Source of the DNA: an uncultured Coriobacteriia bacterium
GTDB lineage: Bacteria; Actinomycetota; Coriobacteriia; Anaerosomatales; PALSA-660
Assembly (NCBI GenBank): GCA_963701985.1
Contig: OY969691.1
Location: 191,629-255,628, forward strand
Direction of reading: 5' to 3'
Length of the DNA: 64,000 nucleotides
A program made the translations under genes and the position numbers. Below are positions 10,423 to 21,828 of this stretch, piece after piece; the first letter of the stretch is position 1, and each line of letters opens with the position of its first letter. The notes under the pieces were generated by a model, which ran no database searches, was not told the DNA's origin, and saw nothing but the letters and a program-made list of their open reading frames with translations.

Positions 10423-11601
10423 GTGGCATTCCCCGTGGACGTTCGCGGTCTCTACAGCGCGGGCAAGCGTCTGACCCAGGAGCGCGACAAGGAGGTCCGC
10501 ATCGCGGTCCTCGTCGAGATCGACGCGCCCGACGAGCTGGTGGAGGCCGCCCGCGCGGCCCTCCATCCGAGGACCGCCAAGGGCCTCATCGACGTCTCGG
10601 TCGTGGAGCCCGGCACCGTGGCGCGGGTGGACGCGAAAGCCGACGCGGCGATCGTCCTCGCCGGCAGCGGCACGCATGTCAGGGAGACGCTGGCCGGACT
10701 CCACCGGAGCGCGATCCCGACGGCGGTCGTCGCCCTGCGCGGCGAGAAGGCCGAGGTCGCACGTTCGCTCGACCACCCGGACGACGACACGGTCGTCGGA
10801 TCCGACCCGGAGGCCGTGATCTCGGGGCCGCTCGCCGACTGGATGGTCGCGAGGCTCGACAAGCTGCGGACCGCGCTCGCGCACAACTTCGAGTTCGTGC
10901 GACGCGCCGTCGCGAAGGAGAGCGTCAAGGCGACCGCGTGGCAGAACGCGGCGATCGGCGTGGCCGTCTTCATCCCGGGCGCCGACATGCCTCTGATGAC
11001 GATGAACGAGGCGAAGATGCTGCTGCAGATCGCGGCGGCCTACGGGCAGCCGATCGACGCGCAGCGTGTGAAGGAGCTCACCGCCGTCGTGGGCGGCGGA
11101 TTCCTGCTCCGCGAGTTCGCGCGCGAGGCGCTCGACTTCGTGCCCGTGCTCGGATGGGCCGTCAAGGGCGGGATCGCCTATGCCGGCACGCTGGCGATGG
11201 GCATGGCGGCCATCGGTTACTTCGAGGAAGGCACGGACGTCTCCGGCGTGGTGAGATCGCTGGGCGAGCGGGCGGGCGAGCTGAGCGCCCGCGCGGACGC
11301 GGCGCGCCGGCGCGCCCTCGAGCATCGTGGCCGGGCGCACGGCGCCGGAGAAGGGTACACGGCTCCCGTGCCGCTCCGGGGAACACCCTCCGGGCCGTCG
11401 AACGACGACGAGCTGCTCGTCGACATGGGGCCGGGCGACCTGCCCGACCCTGGCCCGCGACCCGGACGCCGACCGGCGCCGGGCGCCTGCGCGCCGAGCG
11501 CCGCGGGGGCGCAGCCGACGCTGCTCGACGTCCCGTTCGCCGCGCCGACGCTCACGGTCGAGGACGGCGGCACCGGCGGCGCTGGGACACGGCTCCCGTG
11601 A
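10423..11601 (+). CDS. DUF697-like (YcjF-type) protein with a disordered Pro/Gly/Ala-rich C-terminus
   Basis: The start is inferred at GTG 10423, after the rodA stop and a GAGGGA. The core FIPGADMPLMTMNEAKMLLQIAAAYGQPID...FVPVLGWAVKGGIAYAGTLAMG matches the DUF697 pattern. Confidence 0.55.
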   Translation: MAFPVDVRGLYSAGKRLTQERDKEVRIAVLVEIDAPDELVEAARAALHPRTAKGLIDVSVVEPGTVARVDAKADAAIVLAGSGTHVRETLAGLHRSAIPTAVVALRGEKAEVARSLDHPDDDTVVGSDPEAVISGPLADWMVARLDKLRTALAHNFEFVRRAVAKESVKATAWQNAAIGVAVFIPGADMPLMTMNEAKMLLQIAAAYGQPIDAQRVKELTAVVGGGFLLREFAREALDFVPVLGWAVKGGIAYAGTLAMGMAAIGYFEEGTDVSGVVRSLGERAGELSARADAARRRALEHRGRAHGAGEGYTAPVPLRGTPSGPSNDDELLVDMGPGDLPDPGPRPGRRPAPGACAPSAAGAQPTLLDVPFAAPTLTVEDGGTGGAGTRLP

Positions 11602-13451
11602 CGGATCTGTGGCCGCTCGTCGAGCCGCTGCTGGCTCGCGTCGAGAGGCCGGCTCGCTACATCGATCATGAATACGGCGTGCGCTCGCGACCCGAGGCCT
11701 CGTATCGCGTGGCGCTGCTGTACCCGGACACGTATGAGCTCGGGATGGCCAATCAGGCGGTCGCCATCCTCTACGACCGCCTGAACGGCATGGACGGGGT
11801 GGCCGCGGAGCGCGTCTTCGTCCCGTGGCGCGACATGGCCTCGGAGATGCGTGCCGCGCGCGTTCCTCTGTACACGCTGGAGAGCACCGCTCCGGTCGCC
11901 GAGTGCGACATGCTGGGCATCACCCTGCCGCACGAACTCGCGTACACGAACGTCTGCGAGGCGCTCGACCTCGCGGGGATCCCGCTGCGCTCGGCGCAGC
12001 GGCGCGACGGCGACCCGCTCGTCGTGGGCGGAGGACCGTGCGCGTTCGATCCGGAGCCGGTCGCCGACTTCTTCGACGCCGTGCTGATCGGTGAAGGAGA
12101 GGCGGCCGTCGCCGAGATCGTCGGCGCGCACCGCCGCAGCCGCGAGCGGGGAGACGATCGAGGCGCAACGCTGCGGGCGCTCGCGGAGGTTCCGGGCGTC
12201 TACGTGCCGTCGCTGTACCGGGCGGCGACCGCGGAGCGGCCGGCGCGACCCCTCGAAGGCGAGCGCGTGCCGCCGAGGATCGCGAAGCGCGTGCTCGCGG
12301 ATCTCGGCGCATTCCGACCCCCGGCGTGCCCGGTGGTGCCGTTCATGGACGTCGTGCACGACCGCGCGAGCGTCGAGGTGCTCCGCGGCTGCACGCGGGG
12401 ATGCCGGTTCTGCCAAGCGGGCATGATCTACCGCCCGGTGCGGGAGCGCACCGCCGACGACATCATCCGCGACGCCATGACGCAGCTGCGATGCACGGGC
12501 CAGGAGGAGCTGTCGCTGACGTCGCTCTCGACGACCGATCACAGCCAGATCGGTGAGATCCTGCGCCGTCTCACCATGGCGCTGCAGGGCAGCGGCGTCT
12601 CGGTCAGCCTGCCGAGCCTGCGCGTCGACGCGTTCGGCGTCGCGATGGCGCGGCTCGTCGGGCAGGGGAGGAAGGGCGGCCTGACCTTCGCGCCGGAGGC
12701 CGGGACGCAGCGCCTTCGCGACGTGATCAACAAGAACGTGACCGCGGAAGACCTGCTCTCCACCGTGCGGATCGCGTTCGAGGAGGGCTGGAGGCACCTC
12801 AAGCTCTACTTCATGATCGGCCTGCCCACGGAGACCGACGAGGACATCAGGGCGATCGGCGCACTGACCTCGCGTGTGCTCGCCGTGGCCCGGGAGGCCG
12901 TCTCTCCGGAGCAGCGCGGCTCCATACGCATCGGTGTGTCGGTGTCGACGTTCGTCCCGAAGGCGCACACCCCGTTCCAGTGGGAGCCGCAGGTGCCGCT
13001 CGAAGAGGTGCGGCGCCGGCAGACCGTGTTGCGGGACTCCATGCCGCGCAAGGGCGTGGACCTGCACTGGCACGACCCCGAAGTCTCCTTGGTGGAAGGA
13101 GCGCTCGCCCGGGGCGGGCGCGAACTCTCCCGGGTGATCGAGCGGGCGTGGCGCGCGTCGGGCGGGTTCGATGCGTGGACCGAGCGGTTCTCCCTGCCCG
13201 TGTGGCAGGAGGCGTTCGCGGCGGAGGGCATCGACCCGCAGGTCTTGGCGAGCGGCGAGCGCGACCCGTCGGCTCCGCTGCCGTGGGACCACATCGATGC
13301 GGGCGTCTCCCGCTCCTACCTTCTCGAGGAGCGGGAGCGCGCACGCGCGGCCGTCACCACACCCGACTGCTCCTTCGGAGCATGCACCGGTTGCGGTGCC
13401 TGCCCGGAGCTGGGAGTCGAGGTCGTGCTGGGTGGTGGTTCGCGTGGCTGA
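11598..13451 (+). CDS. Radical SAM protein, B12-binding-domain class (TIGR03960-like)
   Basis: GTG 11598 overlaps the previous stop (GTGA). The radical-SAM motif GCTRGCRFCQAG is present. The conserved partner gene and RNase G lie downstream. Confidence 0.85.
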   Translation: MTDLWPLVEPLLARVERPARYIDHEYGVRSRPEASYRVALLYPDTYELGMANQAVAILYDRLNGMDGVAAERVFVPWRDMASEMRAARVPLYTLESTAPVAECDMLGITLPHELAYTNVCEALDLAGIPLRSAQRRDGDPLVVGGGPCAFDPEPVADFFDAVLIGEGEAAVAEIVGAHRRSRERGDDRGATLRALAEVPGVYVPSLYRAATAERPARPLEGERVPPRIAKRVLADLGAFRPPACPVVPFMDVVHDRASVEVLRGCTRGCRFCQAGMIYRPVRERTADDIIRDAMTQLRCTGQEELSLTSLSTTDHSQIGEILRRLTMALQGSGVSVSLPSLRVDAFGVAMARLVGQGRKGGLTFAPEAGTQRLRDVINKNVTAEDLLSTVRIAFEEGWRHLKLYFMIGLPTETDEDIRAIGALTSRVLAVAREAVSPEQRGSIRIGVSVSTFVPKAHTPFQWEPQVPLEEVRRRQTVLRDSMPRKGVDLHWHDPEVSLVEGALARGGRELSRVIERAWRASGGFDAWTERFSLPVWQEAFAAEGIDPQVLASGERDPSAPLPWDHIDAGVSRSYLLEERERARAAVTTPDCSFGACTGCGACPELGVEVVLGGGSRG

Positions 13452-14112
13452 CACGACCTTCCGGCTTCGCGTCACGTTCGGGAAGACGGGGCGGCTCCGC
13501 TTCCTGAGCCATCTGGAGGTCGTGCACGCCTGCGAGCGCGCGGTGAGGCGCGCCGGCCTGGAGTATGCTGTCACGCAGGGTTTCAACGTGCGCATGAAGG
13601 CGGCGTTCGGTCCGGCTCTGCCTGTCGGCACGGCCGGGCTGGGCGAGATGTTCGACCTGTGGCTGAGGCGTTTCGTGCCGCCGGCCGAGTCGCTCGCTCG
13701 ACTGCGTGACGCTTCACCCGAAGGCCTGGCGCCCGTGGGGGCGTCGTATGTGCCGTCGGGCGAGCCCTCCCTCGCGGCGGCGATGACACTCGCCGATTAC
13801 GAGGTGTGCGTGAAGGGCGCGGGCATGGGTCCGCGCCGGTTGGCGGAGGCGCTGCGCGAGACGATCGCGTCGGGGAGCCTCGAGATAGAGCACAAGGGCG
13901 AGAAGAAGGTTTTGGATCTGGGCCGCTCCCTTGCCGGCGAGGTGGGGGTGCGTGCCGCGGACGACGCGGCCGTCGTCGAGCTCACCGTTCGTATGGGCGA
14001 GTGGGGCTCGCTCCGGCCGGACGCCCTGGTGCGAGAGGCGCTCCGAGGAACGGACGCGGGAGACGCGGCCGTGGTCGTGACGCGCACCGGGCTCCGCCGC
14101 GAAGACGGCTGA
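13444..14112 (+). CDS. DUF2344 / TIGR03936-like protein (partner of the TIGR03960 radical SAM protein)
   Basis: N-terminus FRLRVTFGKTGRLRFLSHLEVVHACERAVRRAGL... The start overlaps the radical SAM gene; GTG 13432 and 13435 are alternatives. Confidence 0.8.
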   Translation: MADTTFRLRVTFGKTGRLRFLSHLEVVHACERAVRRAGLEYAVTQGFNVRMKAAFGPALPVGTAGLGEMFDLWLRRFVPPAESLARLRDASPEGLAPVGASYVPSGEPSLAAAMTLADYEVCVKGAGMGPRRLAEALRETIASGSLEIEHKGEKKVLDLGRSLAGEVGVRAADDAAVVELTVRMGEWGSLRPDALVREALRGTDAGDAAVVVTRTGLRREDG

Positions 14113-14160
14113 CCGCGACGGTCCCGGCCGGTCTTCGCCCAGGCGGAGAAGGACGTACCC

Positions 14161-15648
14161 GTGGCGGACGTCGTGCGGGAGATGCTGATCTCCCATGACA
14201 GCTCGGAGACGCGCGTCGGCGTCCTCGAGGATGACAGGCTCGTCGAGTTCTACATCGAGCGCGCGAAGCGCTCGGTCGTCGGCAACATCTACGTGGCGCG
14301 CGTCCGTGACGTCCTGCCCGGGATGCAGGCCGCCTTCGTCGACATCGGACTGGAGAAGAACGCGTTCCTCTACGTCGACGAGGTCGTCGCGCCCGAGGGG
14401 CTCGAGGACGTCCCGCGGCGCGACATCCAGCGACTCCTCAAGCCCGACCAGCAGGTCATGGTGCAGGTGCTGAAGGACCCGATGGGCACGAAGGGCGCGC
14501 GGGTCACGACGGACATCACGCTGCCGGGGCGCTTCCTCGTCCTCATGCCGTTCTCGGATTTCGTCGGGATCTCTCGGAAGCTCGCGGACGACGAGCGCGA
14601 ACGGCTTCACGCCATCGTCGCGGCGGCTGCGCCGCCGGGCGTGGGGCTGATCGTTCGCACCGCCGCTGCCGGGGCGAGCGAACAGGACCTGGTCTCCGAC
14701 CTGGAGTTCCTGCAGCGCCTGTGGAAGCGCGTGCAGCATCAGGCGACCGAGGCGCTGCCGCCCGAGGTCATCTACACGGAGATGGACTTGGCGCTGCGGT
14801 TCGTGCGAGACGTGTTCGGCGAGGAGTTCAAGCGCCTCCTCGTCGACGACCGGGCCACCTTCGAGAAGGTCGTGGCGTTCCTCAAGAAGACGTCGCCGCA
14901 GCTCGTGCGTCACGTCTCGCTGTACCGCGAGCGCGTCCCGCTCTTCGACTACTTCGGGGTCGACGAACAGATCGACGTCGTGCTCGACCGCGTCGTGCGG
15001 CTGCCCTCGGGCGGATACATCGCGATCGATCAGACCGAGGCGCTCACCGCCGTCGATGTGAACACCGGCAGCTTCACCGGCAGGAAGAGCCTCGAGGACA
15101 CGATCCTGCGCACGAACCTCGAGGCGGCCGACGAGGTCGTGCGGCAGCTGCGGTTGCGCGACATCGGCGGCATCATCGTCATCGACTTCATCGACATGGA
15201 GGACGCGGCCAACCGCGCCGCCGTGTCCAAGCGGCTCGGCGAGTGCCTCGAGCGCGACCGCACGAAGACGCGCGCGTCGGAGATCTCGAGGCTCGGCCTG
15301 GTGGAGATGACGAGGAAGAACGTCACCGACGGGCTGTACAACGTTCTCACCGAACCATGTCCGACGTGCCGCGGGCAAGGACGCATCCTGTCGGAAGCGA
15401 CGCGCCGCATCATGGTCGAGCGGCGGATGCGCGAGATCCTTCTCTCCGGCAGGAGCGCCGCGTATCTGTTCGGGCTGGAGCCGCAGACGTACGCGATCGT
15501 GAACCAGCCGGGGCGTAACGTGGTGGCGGCACTGCGCGCGGAGACGCGGAAGCAGGTGGCGATCGTCGCGGATCCCGATTGCGCGCCGGCCGAGGTGCGC
15601 GTGCTGATCGAAGGGAAGGCGGGGTCCATCGAGCGTGCGTTGGCCTGA
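14161..15648 (+). CDS. rng: Rne/Rng-family ribonuclease (RNase G-like)
   Basis: 495 aa with an S1 domain (VGNIYVARVRDVLPGMQAAFVDIG), the catalytic region DQTEALTAVDVNTG and a Zn-link CPTCRGQG. GGAGAAGGA precedes the GTG. Confidence 0.9.
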   Translation: MADVVREMLISHDSSETRVGVLEDDRLVEFYIERAKRSVVGNIYVARVRDVLPGMQAAFVDIGLEKNAFLYVDEVVAPEGLEDVPRRDIQRLLKPDQQVMVQVLKDPMGTKGARVTTDITLPGRFLVLMPFSDFVGISRKLADDERERLHAIVAAAAPPGVGLIVRTAAAGASEQDLVSDLEFLQRLWKRVQHQATEALPPEVIYTEMDLALRFVRDVFGEEFKRLLVDDRATFEKVVAFLKKTSPQLVRHVSLYRERVPLFDYFGVDEQIDVVLDRVVRLPSGGYIAIDQTEALTAVDVNTGSFTGRKSLEDTILRTNLEAADEVVRQLRLRDIGGIIVIDFIDMEDAANRAAVSKRLGECLERDRTKTRASEISRLGLVEMTRKNVTDGLYNVLTEPCPTCRGQGRILSEATRRIMVERRMREILLSGRSAAYLFGLEPQTYAIVNQPGRNVVAALRAETRKQVAIVADPDCAPAEVRVLIEGKAGSIERALA

Positions 15649-15683
15649 GGACGGGTAGACACTCCCGGGGGCGTGCGCTGTGT

Positions 15684-15711
15684 TTGCGTGCGTGCTCGCC
15701 TGTGCTAACAT
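15684..15711 (+). promoter_or_regulatory. Candidate sigma-70-type promoter of rplU-rpmA
   Basis: TTGCGT-N16-TAACAT lies about 40 nt upstream of the rplU ATG, in the only sizeable gap after rng. Pattern match only. Confidence 0.3.
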
Positions 15712-15751
15712 ACCTCCTCGCGCACTGAACCGAGCAGAAGGTAGTCGCAAC

Positions 15752-16375
15752 ATGTATGCAGTCGTGAAGACGGGCGGGAAGCAGCTGAAGGTGGCTGTCG
15801 GCGAGACGGTCGCCGTCGAGCTGGTCGGCGCACCCGCCGGCTCCGTGATCACTCTGCCGGCCCTGCTCGTGAGCGACGAGAACACGGTGCTGACCGGCGA
15901 GGATGCCGCCAAGATCACCGTCACCGCGGAGGTCGTGCGCGAGACCAAGGCCGACAAGGTGCTCGTGTTCAGCTTCCGGAAGCGCAAAGGCTCGAAGAAG
16001 CTCCGCGGGCATCGCCAGCAGCTGACGGTGCTGAAGGTGACCGACATCGCGATGCCCGGTGCCAAGAAGGCGCAGGCTGAGAAGCCGGCAGCCGCGAAGG
16101 CGGCCCCTGCGAAGGCGGCCCCTGCGAAGGCGGCCCCCGCGAAGGCGGCTCCCGTGAAGGCCGCCGCCAAGCCGGCCGCGAAGCCGGCAGCCGCCAAGCC
16201 GGCCGCGAAGCCGGCAGCTCCGAAGGCGGCTCCCGCGAAGGCGGCCCCTGCGAAGGCGGCCCCCGCGAAGGCGGCCCCCGCGAAGGCCGCCGCCGCCAAG
16301 CCGGCCGTGAAGAAGCCGGCCGCCAAGAAACCGGCCGCGAAGAAGACGACGAAGCCGGCCGACTCGGCCGAGTGA
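15752..16375 (+). CDS. rplU: 50S ribosomal protein L21 with a long Ala/Lys/Pro-repeat C-terminal extension
   Basis: MYAVVKTGGKQLKVAVGETV...LRGHRQQLTVLKV is a canonical ~100-aa L21. About 105 aa of (A/P)AKAAP/AAKPAAKP repeats follow. Confidence 0.9.
   Translation: MYAVVKTGGKQLKVAVGETVAVELVGAPAGSVITLPALLVSDENTVLTGEDAAKITVTAEVVRETKADKVLVFSFRKRKGSKKLRGHRQQLTVLKVTDIAMPGAKKAQAEKPAAAKAAPAKAAPAKAAPAKAAPVKAAAKPAAKPAAAKPAAKPAAPKAAPAKAAPAKAAPAKAAPAKAAAAKPAVKKPAAKKPAAKKTTKPADSAE
16081..16345 (+). repeat. In-frame tandem repeat (15-nt unit gcgaaggcggcccct and variants) encoding the L21 AKP tail
   Basis: Two blocks of four near-identical 15-nt units (about 16096-16155 and 16215-16275) are separated by aagccggc(c/a)gc(g/c) units. 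Confidence 0.8.
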
Positions 16376-16398
16376 CGAAGAGGCAGGTGCGCTGAGAG

Positions 16399-16656
16399 AT
16401 GGCTCACAAGAAAGGTCTCGGCTCGACCCGCAACGGCCGGGACTCCAATCCGAAGATGCTGGGCGTCAAGCGTTTCGCCGGCGAGGTCGTGAACGGCGGG
16501 ACGATCATCGTCCGGCAGCGCGGCACGGCCATCCATCCCGGCGAGAACGTGGGACGCGGCGGCGACGACACGCTCTTCGCGATGAAGCCGGGTGTCGTGG
16601 AGTTCACTCGCGGCAAGGTCCGCAAGGTGCACGTCCGTCCGGTCGCCGAGGAGTAA
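16399..16656 (+). CDS. rpmA: 50S ribosomal protein L27
   Basis: [28 protein letters not shown]...; 85 aa, canonical L27. Confidence 0.95.
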   Translation: MAHKKGLGSTRNGRDSNPKMLGVKRFAGEVVNGGTIIVRQRGTAIHPGENVGRGGDDTLFAMKPGVVEFTRGKVRKVHVRPVAEE

Positions 16657-16681
16657 CCCTCCGGCGGCGACGATGTCGTAG

Positions 16682-18097
<1,416 letters not shown>

Positions 18098-18214
18098 GGG
18101 CGCGGCGGCCGGCACCCCGGCCGTCGGCAGCGGGCCGTCCGGCGGCGGACCGGGTCCCGCCATCCGGTACCATGACCGTGCAGGCTCGGCCGCACGAGGA
18201 AGCGACGGCGCTGA

Positions 18215-19321
18215 ATGGCACGCGACAAACGCATCGTGGTCAAGGTCGGGACCTCCACGCTCACGGACGCGGACGGGCACGTCGATCGCGGCTGGCTCGC
18301 GTCGCTCGCCCGTCAGACCGAATCGCTCCGTGAGGACGGCGCGCGCGTCGTGATCGTGAGCTCCGGAGCGATAGCCGCCGGCATGGAGACGATGGACCTC
18401 GCGGAGCGTCCCTGCGAGCTCACCGAACTCCAGGCGACGGCCGCCATCGGGCAGGTCCGGCTGATCGGCACGTACGCCGAGGTCATGTCGGAGCGAGGCA
18501 TCCCGGTCGCCCAAGTGCTGCTGACGCGACACGACACGGGCGACCGGCAGGCCTATCTGTACGCATGCCGCACCCTCGACCGGCTGCTCGGGCTGGATGT
18601 CGTACCGGTGATCAACGAGAACGACACGACGGCGGTCGAGGAGATCCGCTTCGGGGACAACGACACGCTGGCCGCGCTGGTGGGCGTCATGGTGAAGGCC
18701 GACCTGGTCGTGCTCCTCACCGACATCGAGGGGCTCTACGACCGGAACCCGAGCGCGGGGGACGCCGCCGAGCTGCTGGAACGCGTGGATGAGATCACGG
18801 ACGACGTTCTCGCCGCGGCGGGGTGCGCCGGCAGCGAGCACGGCACCGGCGGGATGGTCACGAAGCTGGAGGCCGCCCGGATACTGATGAAGGCCGGCAT
18901 CCCCATGGTCATCTGCGACGGGCGCCGTCCCGACGTGCTGCTCGACGCATGGCGCGGCGAGCCCGTCGGCACCTACTTCGCCGGAGGCCATGGCGAGGTC
19001 GAGGCGCGCAAGCTGTGGATCGCGTTCGCGCGCCGTCCGAAGGGCACTGTCGTCGTGGACGCTGGCGCGAGCGACGCGCTATGCTTGCGCGGCGGCAGCC
19101 TGCTCCCGGCCGGCGTCGTGCGCGTCGAGGGTGTCTTCCGCGCCGGGGACGCCGTGACGGTGGCCGACGAGGCGGGAAGGGCGCTCGCGCGAGGCCTCGC
19201 CGACATCGGGTCCGACGACCTTGCGAGGGTCAAGGGCAGGAAGTCGTCGGAGATCGAGGCGATCTCGCCGGACCTCGCCGGCAAGCAGGTGGTCCATCGC
19301 GACCGTCTCGTCATCCTCTGA
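18215..19321 (+). CDS. proB: Glutamate 5-kinase with PUA domain
   Basis: IVVKVGTSTLTD...VIVSSGAIAAG...NENDTTAVEEIRFGDNDTLAA... plus a C-terminal PUA domain. Confidence 0.95.
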   Translation: MARDKRIVVKVGTSTLTDADGHVDRGWLASLARQTESLREDGARVVIVSSGAIAAGMETMDLAERPCELTELQATAAIGQVRLIGTYAEVMSERGIPVAQVLLTRHDTGDRQAYLYACRTLDRLLGLDVVPVINENDTTAVEEIRFGDNDTLAALVGVMVKADLVVLLTDIEGLYDRNPSAGDAAELLERVDEITDDVLAAAGCAGSEHGTGGMVTKLEAARILMKAGIPMVICDGRRPDVLLDAWRGEPVGTYFAGGHGEVEARKLWIAFARRPKGTVVVDAGASDALCLRGGSLLPAGVVRVEGVFRAGDAVTVADEAGRALARGLADIGSDDLARVKGRKSSEIEAISPDLAGKQVVHRDRLVIL

Positions 19322-19355
19322 GACGCCGAGCCGAGGGAACGGAGCCTTCTCGCAG

Positions 19356-20609
19356 ATGTCCGAAGTCACCGAACTCGCCGCTCGCGCGCGCACGGCATCG
19401 CGCGCTCTCGCGTCGTCGTCGACGGCCGCGCGCAACGGAGCGCTCGCGGCCATGGCCGACGGCCTGCTCGAGTCGATGGACGGCATCCTCGCCGCCAACG
19501 CCGAGGACATGCGCGCGGCGGAGGCGGCCGGCACCCCGGCGCCCCTGCTCGACCGCCTCATGCTCGACGAGTCGCGGCTCGCGGCGATGGCCGACGCCGT
19601 GCGGGCGCTCTCACTGCTCGCCGACCCGATCGGCGAGATCGTCACGGGGCACCGCCTGGCGAACGGGATCTGGCTCGAACAGATCCGCGTGCCGCTGGGC
19701 GTCGTAGCGATGATCTACGAGGCGCGCCCGAACGTCACGGCCGACGCCGCCGCGCTGTGCGTCAAGACGGCGAACGCGGTCATCCTGCGGGGAGGTTCGC
19801 TGGCGATCCGCTCCTGCACCGCGATCGCGCATGTCCTCGCGCGGGCGGCGGAGGGAGCCGGTCTGCCGGCGGACGCCATCCAGTACCTCTCCTCGACGGA
19901 GCGTGCCGCGACCGACGAGCTCATGACCCTGCACGGCATGATCGATGTGCTCATCCCCCGCGGGGGTGCCGGGCTGATCCGCTCCGTCGTCGAGAACGCG
20001 AAGGTGCCGGTGATCGAGACCGGGATCGGCAACTGTCACGTGTACGTGCACGAGGCGGCCGATCCCGCGATGGCCGAGCGCATCGTGGTGAACGCGAAGT
20101 GCCAGCGGCCGGGCGTCTGCAACGCCGCCGAGTCGCTGCTCGTGGACGAGGCCGTGTACGCCGCGGTGCTGCCGCCGATCCTGCGCGCCCTGGCGGCGGC
20201 CGGCGTGGAGCTGCGCTGCGACGAGCGCGCCTTGGCGCTCGGCGCGGTCGAGGGTGCCGTCGCGGCCACCGCGCGGGATTGGGGCGACGAGTACCTCGAC
20301 CTGACGATGTCCGTGAAGGTCGTGTCCGGGCTGGACGAGGCGATCGCCCACATCAACCGGTACGGCACCGGGCACTCCGAGGCGATCGTGACGGGCGACT
20401 ACGCGACGGCGAAGCGCTTCCTCGACGAAGTCGACGCGGCGGCTGTCTACGTCAACGCGTCCACGCGCTTCACCGACGGGGCGGAATTCGGGCTGGGGGC
20501 GGAGATCGGCATCTCCACGCAGAAGCTGCATGCGCGCGGCCCGATGGGGCTGACCGCGCTGACCTCCACGAAGTTCATCGGCATGGGGGACGGGCAGATC
20601 CGCCAGTGA
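19356..20609 (+). CDS. proA: Gamma-glutamyl phosphate reductase
   Basis: ATG 19356 lies inside track ORF 19221..20609. Contains GVVAMIYEARPNVTADAAALC...CNAAESLLV...HINRYGTGHSEAIVT. Confidence 0.95.
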   Translation: MSEVTELAARARTASRALASSSTAARNGALAAMADGLLESMDGILAANAEDMRAAEAAGTPAPLLDRLMLDESRLAAMADAVRALSLLADPIGEIVTGHRLANGIWLEQIRVPLGVVAMIYEARPNVTADAAALCVKTANAVILRGGSLAIRSCTAIAHVLARAAEGAGLPADAIQYLSSTERAATDELMTLHGMIDVLIPRGGAGLIRSVVENAKVPVIETGIGNCHVYVHEAADPAMAERIVVNAKCQRPGVCNAAESLLVDEAVYAAVLPPILRALAAAGVELRCDERALALGAVEGAVAATARDWGDEYLDLTMSVKVVSGLDEAIAHINRYGTGHSEAIVTGDYATAKRFLDEVDAAAVYVNASTRFTDGAEFGLGAEIGISTQKLHARGPMGLTALTSTKFIGMGDGQIRQ

Positions 20610-21214
20610 GCAGCGTACGTCTCGGGGTCATGGGGGGCACGTTCGACCCCATCCACTACGGTCACCTCGTGAGCGCCCAGGAGGCGCTCGCGCAGTTCTC
20701 GCTCGACCGCGTCCTGTTCATGCCCACCGGCCATCCGCCCCGCAAGGCCGACCGCGCCGTGTCCTCGACCGAGGACCGCTACCTCATGACGGTGATCGCC
20801 ACGGCGTCCAACCGGGAGTTCGCGGTGTCGCGCCTGGAAGTCGACCGGCCGGGCGAGACATATACCGTGGACACGATGACGACGCTGCGCGAGGAGATGG
20901 GTCACGACGCCGATCTCTACTTCATCACCGGTGCCGACGCCGTGCGCGAGATCCTGGGATGGAAGGGCGCAGAGCGCCTCGCGGGGCTGTGCACGTTCAT
21001 CGCGGCGACCCGTCCCGGCTTCGAGGCGGACCTTCTCGCCGGGGTGCCCGAAGGCGCCGAGATCCGGTTGCCGCGCGTCGAATACATGGAGATACCCGCG
21101 CTCGCGATCTCGTCGAGCGACATCCGCGCGCGCGTGGCGACGGGGCGCCCGATACGCTACCTGCTGCCGGACGATGTCGCCGAGTACATCGAGAAGAACG
21201 GACTGTACCGGTGA
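20606..21214 (+). CDS. nadD: Nicotinate-nucleotide adenylyltransferase
   Basis: GTG 20606 overlaps the proA stop. Contains GVMGGTFDPIHYGHL and ISSSDIR. Confidence 0.9.
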   Translation: MSSVRLGVMGGTFDPIHYGHLVSAQEALAQFSLDRVLFMPTGHPPRKADRAVSSTEDRYLMTVIATASNREFAVSRLEVDRPGETYTVDTMTTLREEMGHDADLYFITGADAVREILGWKGAERLAGLCTFIAATRPGFEADLLAGVPEGAEIRLPRVEYMEIPALAISSSDIRARVATGRPIRYLLPDDVAEYIEKNGLYR

Positions 21215-21828
21215 CGTCCGCCTCCGAGTCGCTGTCGGCCGCCCGCGGTCTCGTGCGCAGGCGCCTCTCCGCGGCGTCGCTCGGTCACAGTGAGCGGGTG
21301 GCGGCGTCGGCGCGGACGCTCGCCTCGCGTTTCGGCGTGGACCCGGACGGCGCGGAACTCGCGGGCTTGCTGCACGACTACGCGCGCGACATCCCGCGCG
21401 ACGACCTCGTCGATCGGGCCGAGGAGCTGGGCGTCACCGTGCTACCCGTGGAACGCGACCATCCATATCTCCTGCACGCTCGCGTCGGCGCCGCGGAGGT
21501 GCGGCGCGACCTGCCGGGGATCGACGAGACGGTCGTCTCCGCGATCGCGGCGCACACCGTCGGCGCCGTGCCGATGTCGGATCTCGAGCGGGTCGTCTAT
21601 CTGGCGGACATGATCGAGCCGGCCCGACACTTCCCCGGCGTGGACCGGCTGCGCGCCTCGTGCGAGGCCGAGCCGCTCGCGGAATGCTTCCGGGTGGGGT
21701 ACGGCATGTCCCTCCGTCACGTTCGTGAGTCCGGCCGACCCGTGCATCCGGCCTCCGGGCCGGTCGCCGCGGCGATCGAGCGCGAGACCGGCAAGGACCT
21801 GTTCGACCCGCCGGTGGAGGAACGATGA
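21211..21828 (+). CDS. yqeK: HD-domain protein YqeK (bis(5'-nucleosyl)-tetraphosphatase-like)
   Basis: GTG 21211 overlaps the nadD stop. The HD motif (HSERVA...LLHDYAR) and the position after nadD are conserved. Confidence 0.8.
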   Translation: MTSASESLSAARGLVRRRLSAASLGHSERVAASARTLASRFGVDPDGAELAGLLHDYARDIPRDDLVDRAEELGVTVLPVERDHPYLLHARVGAAEVRRDLPGIDETVVSAIAAHTVGAVPMSDLERVVYLADMIEPARHFPGVDRLRASCEAEPLAECFRVGYGMSLRHVRESGRPVHPASGPVAAAIERETGKDLFDPPVEER

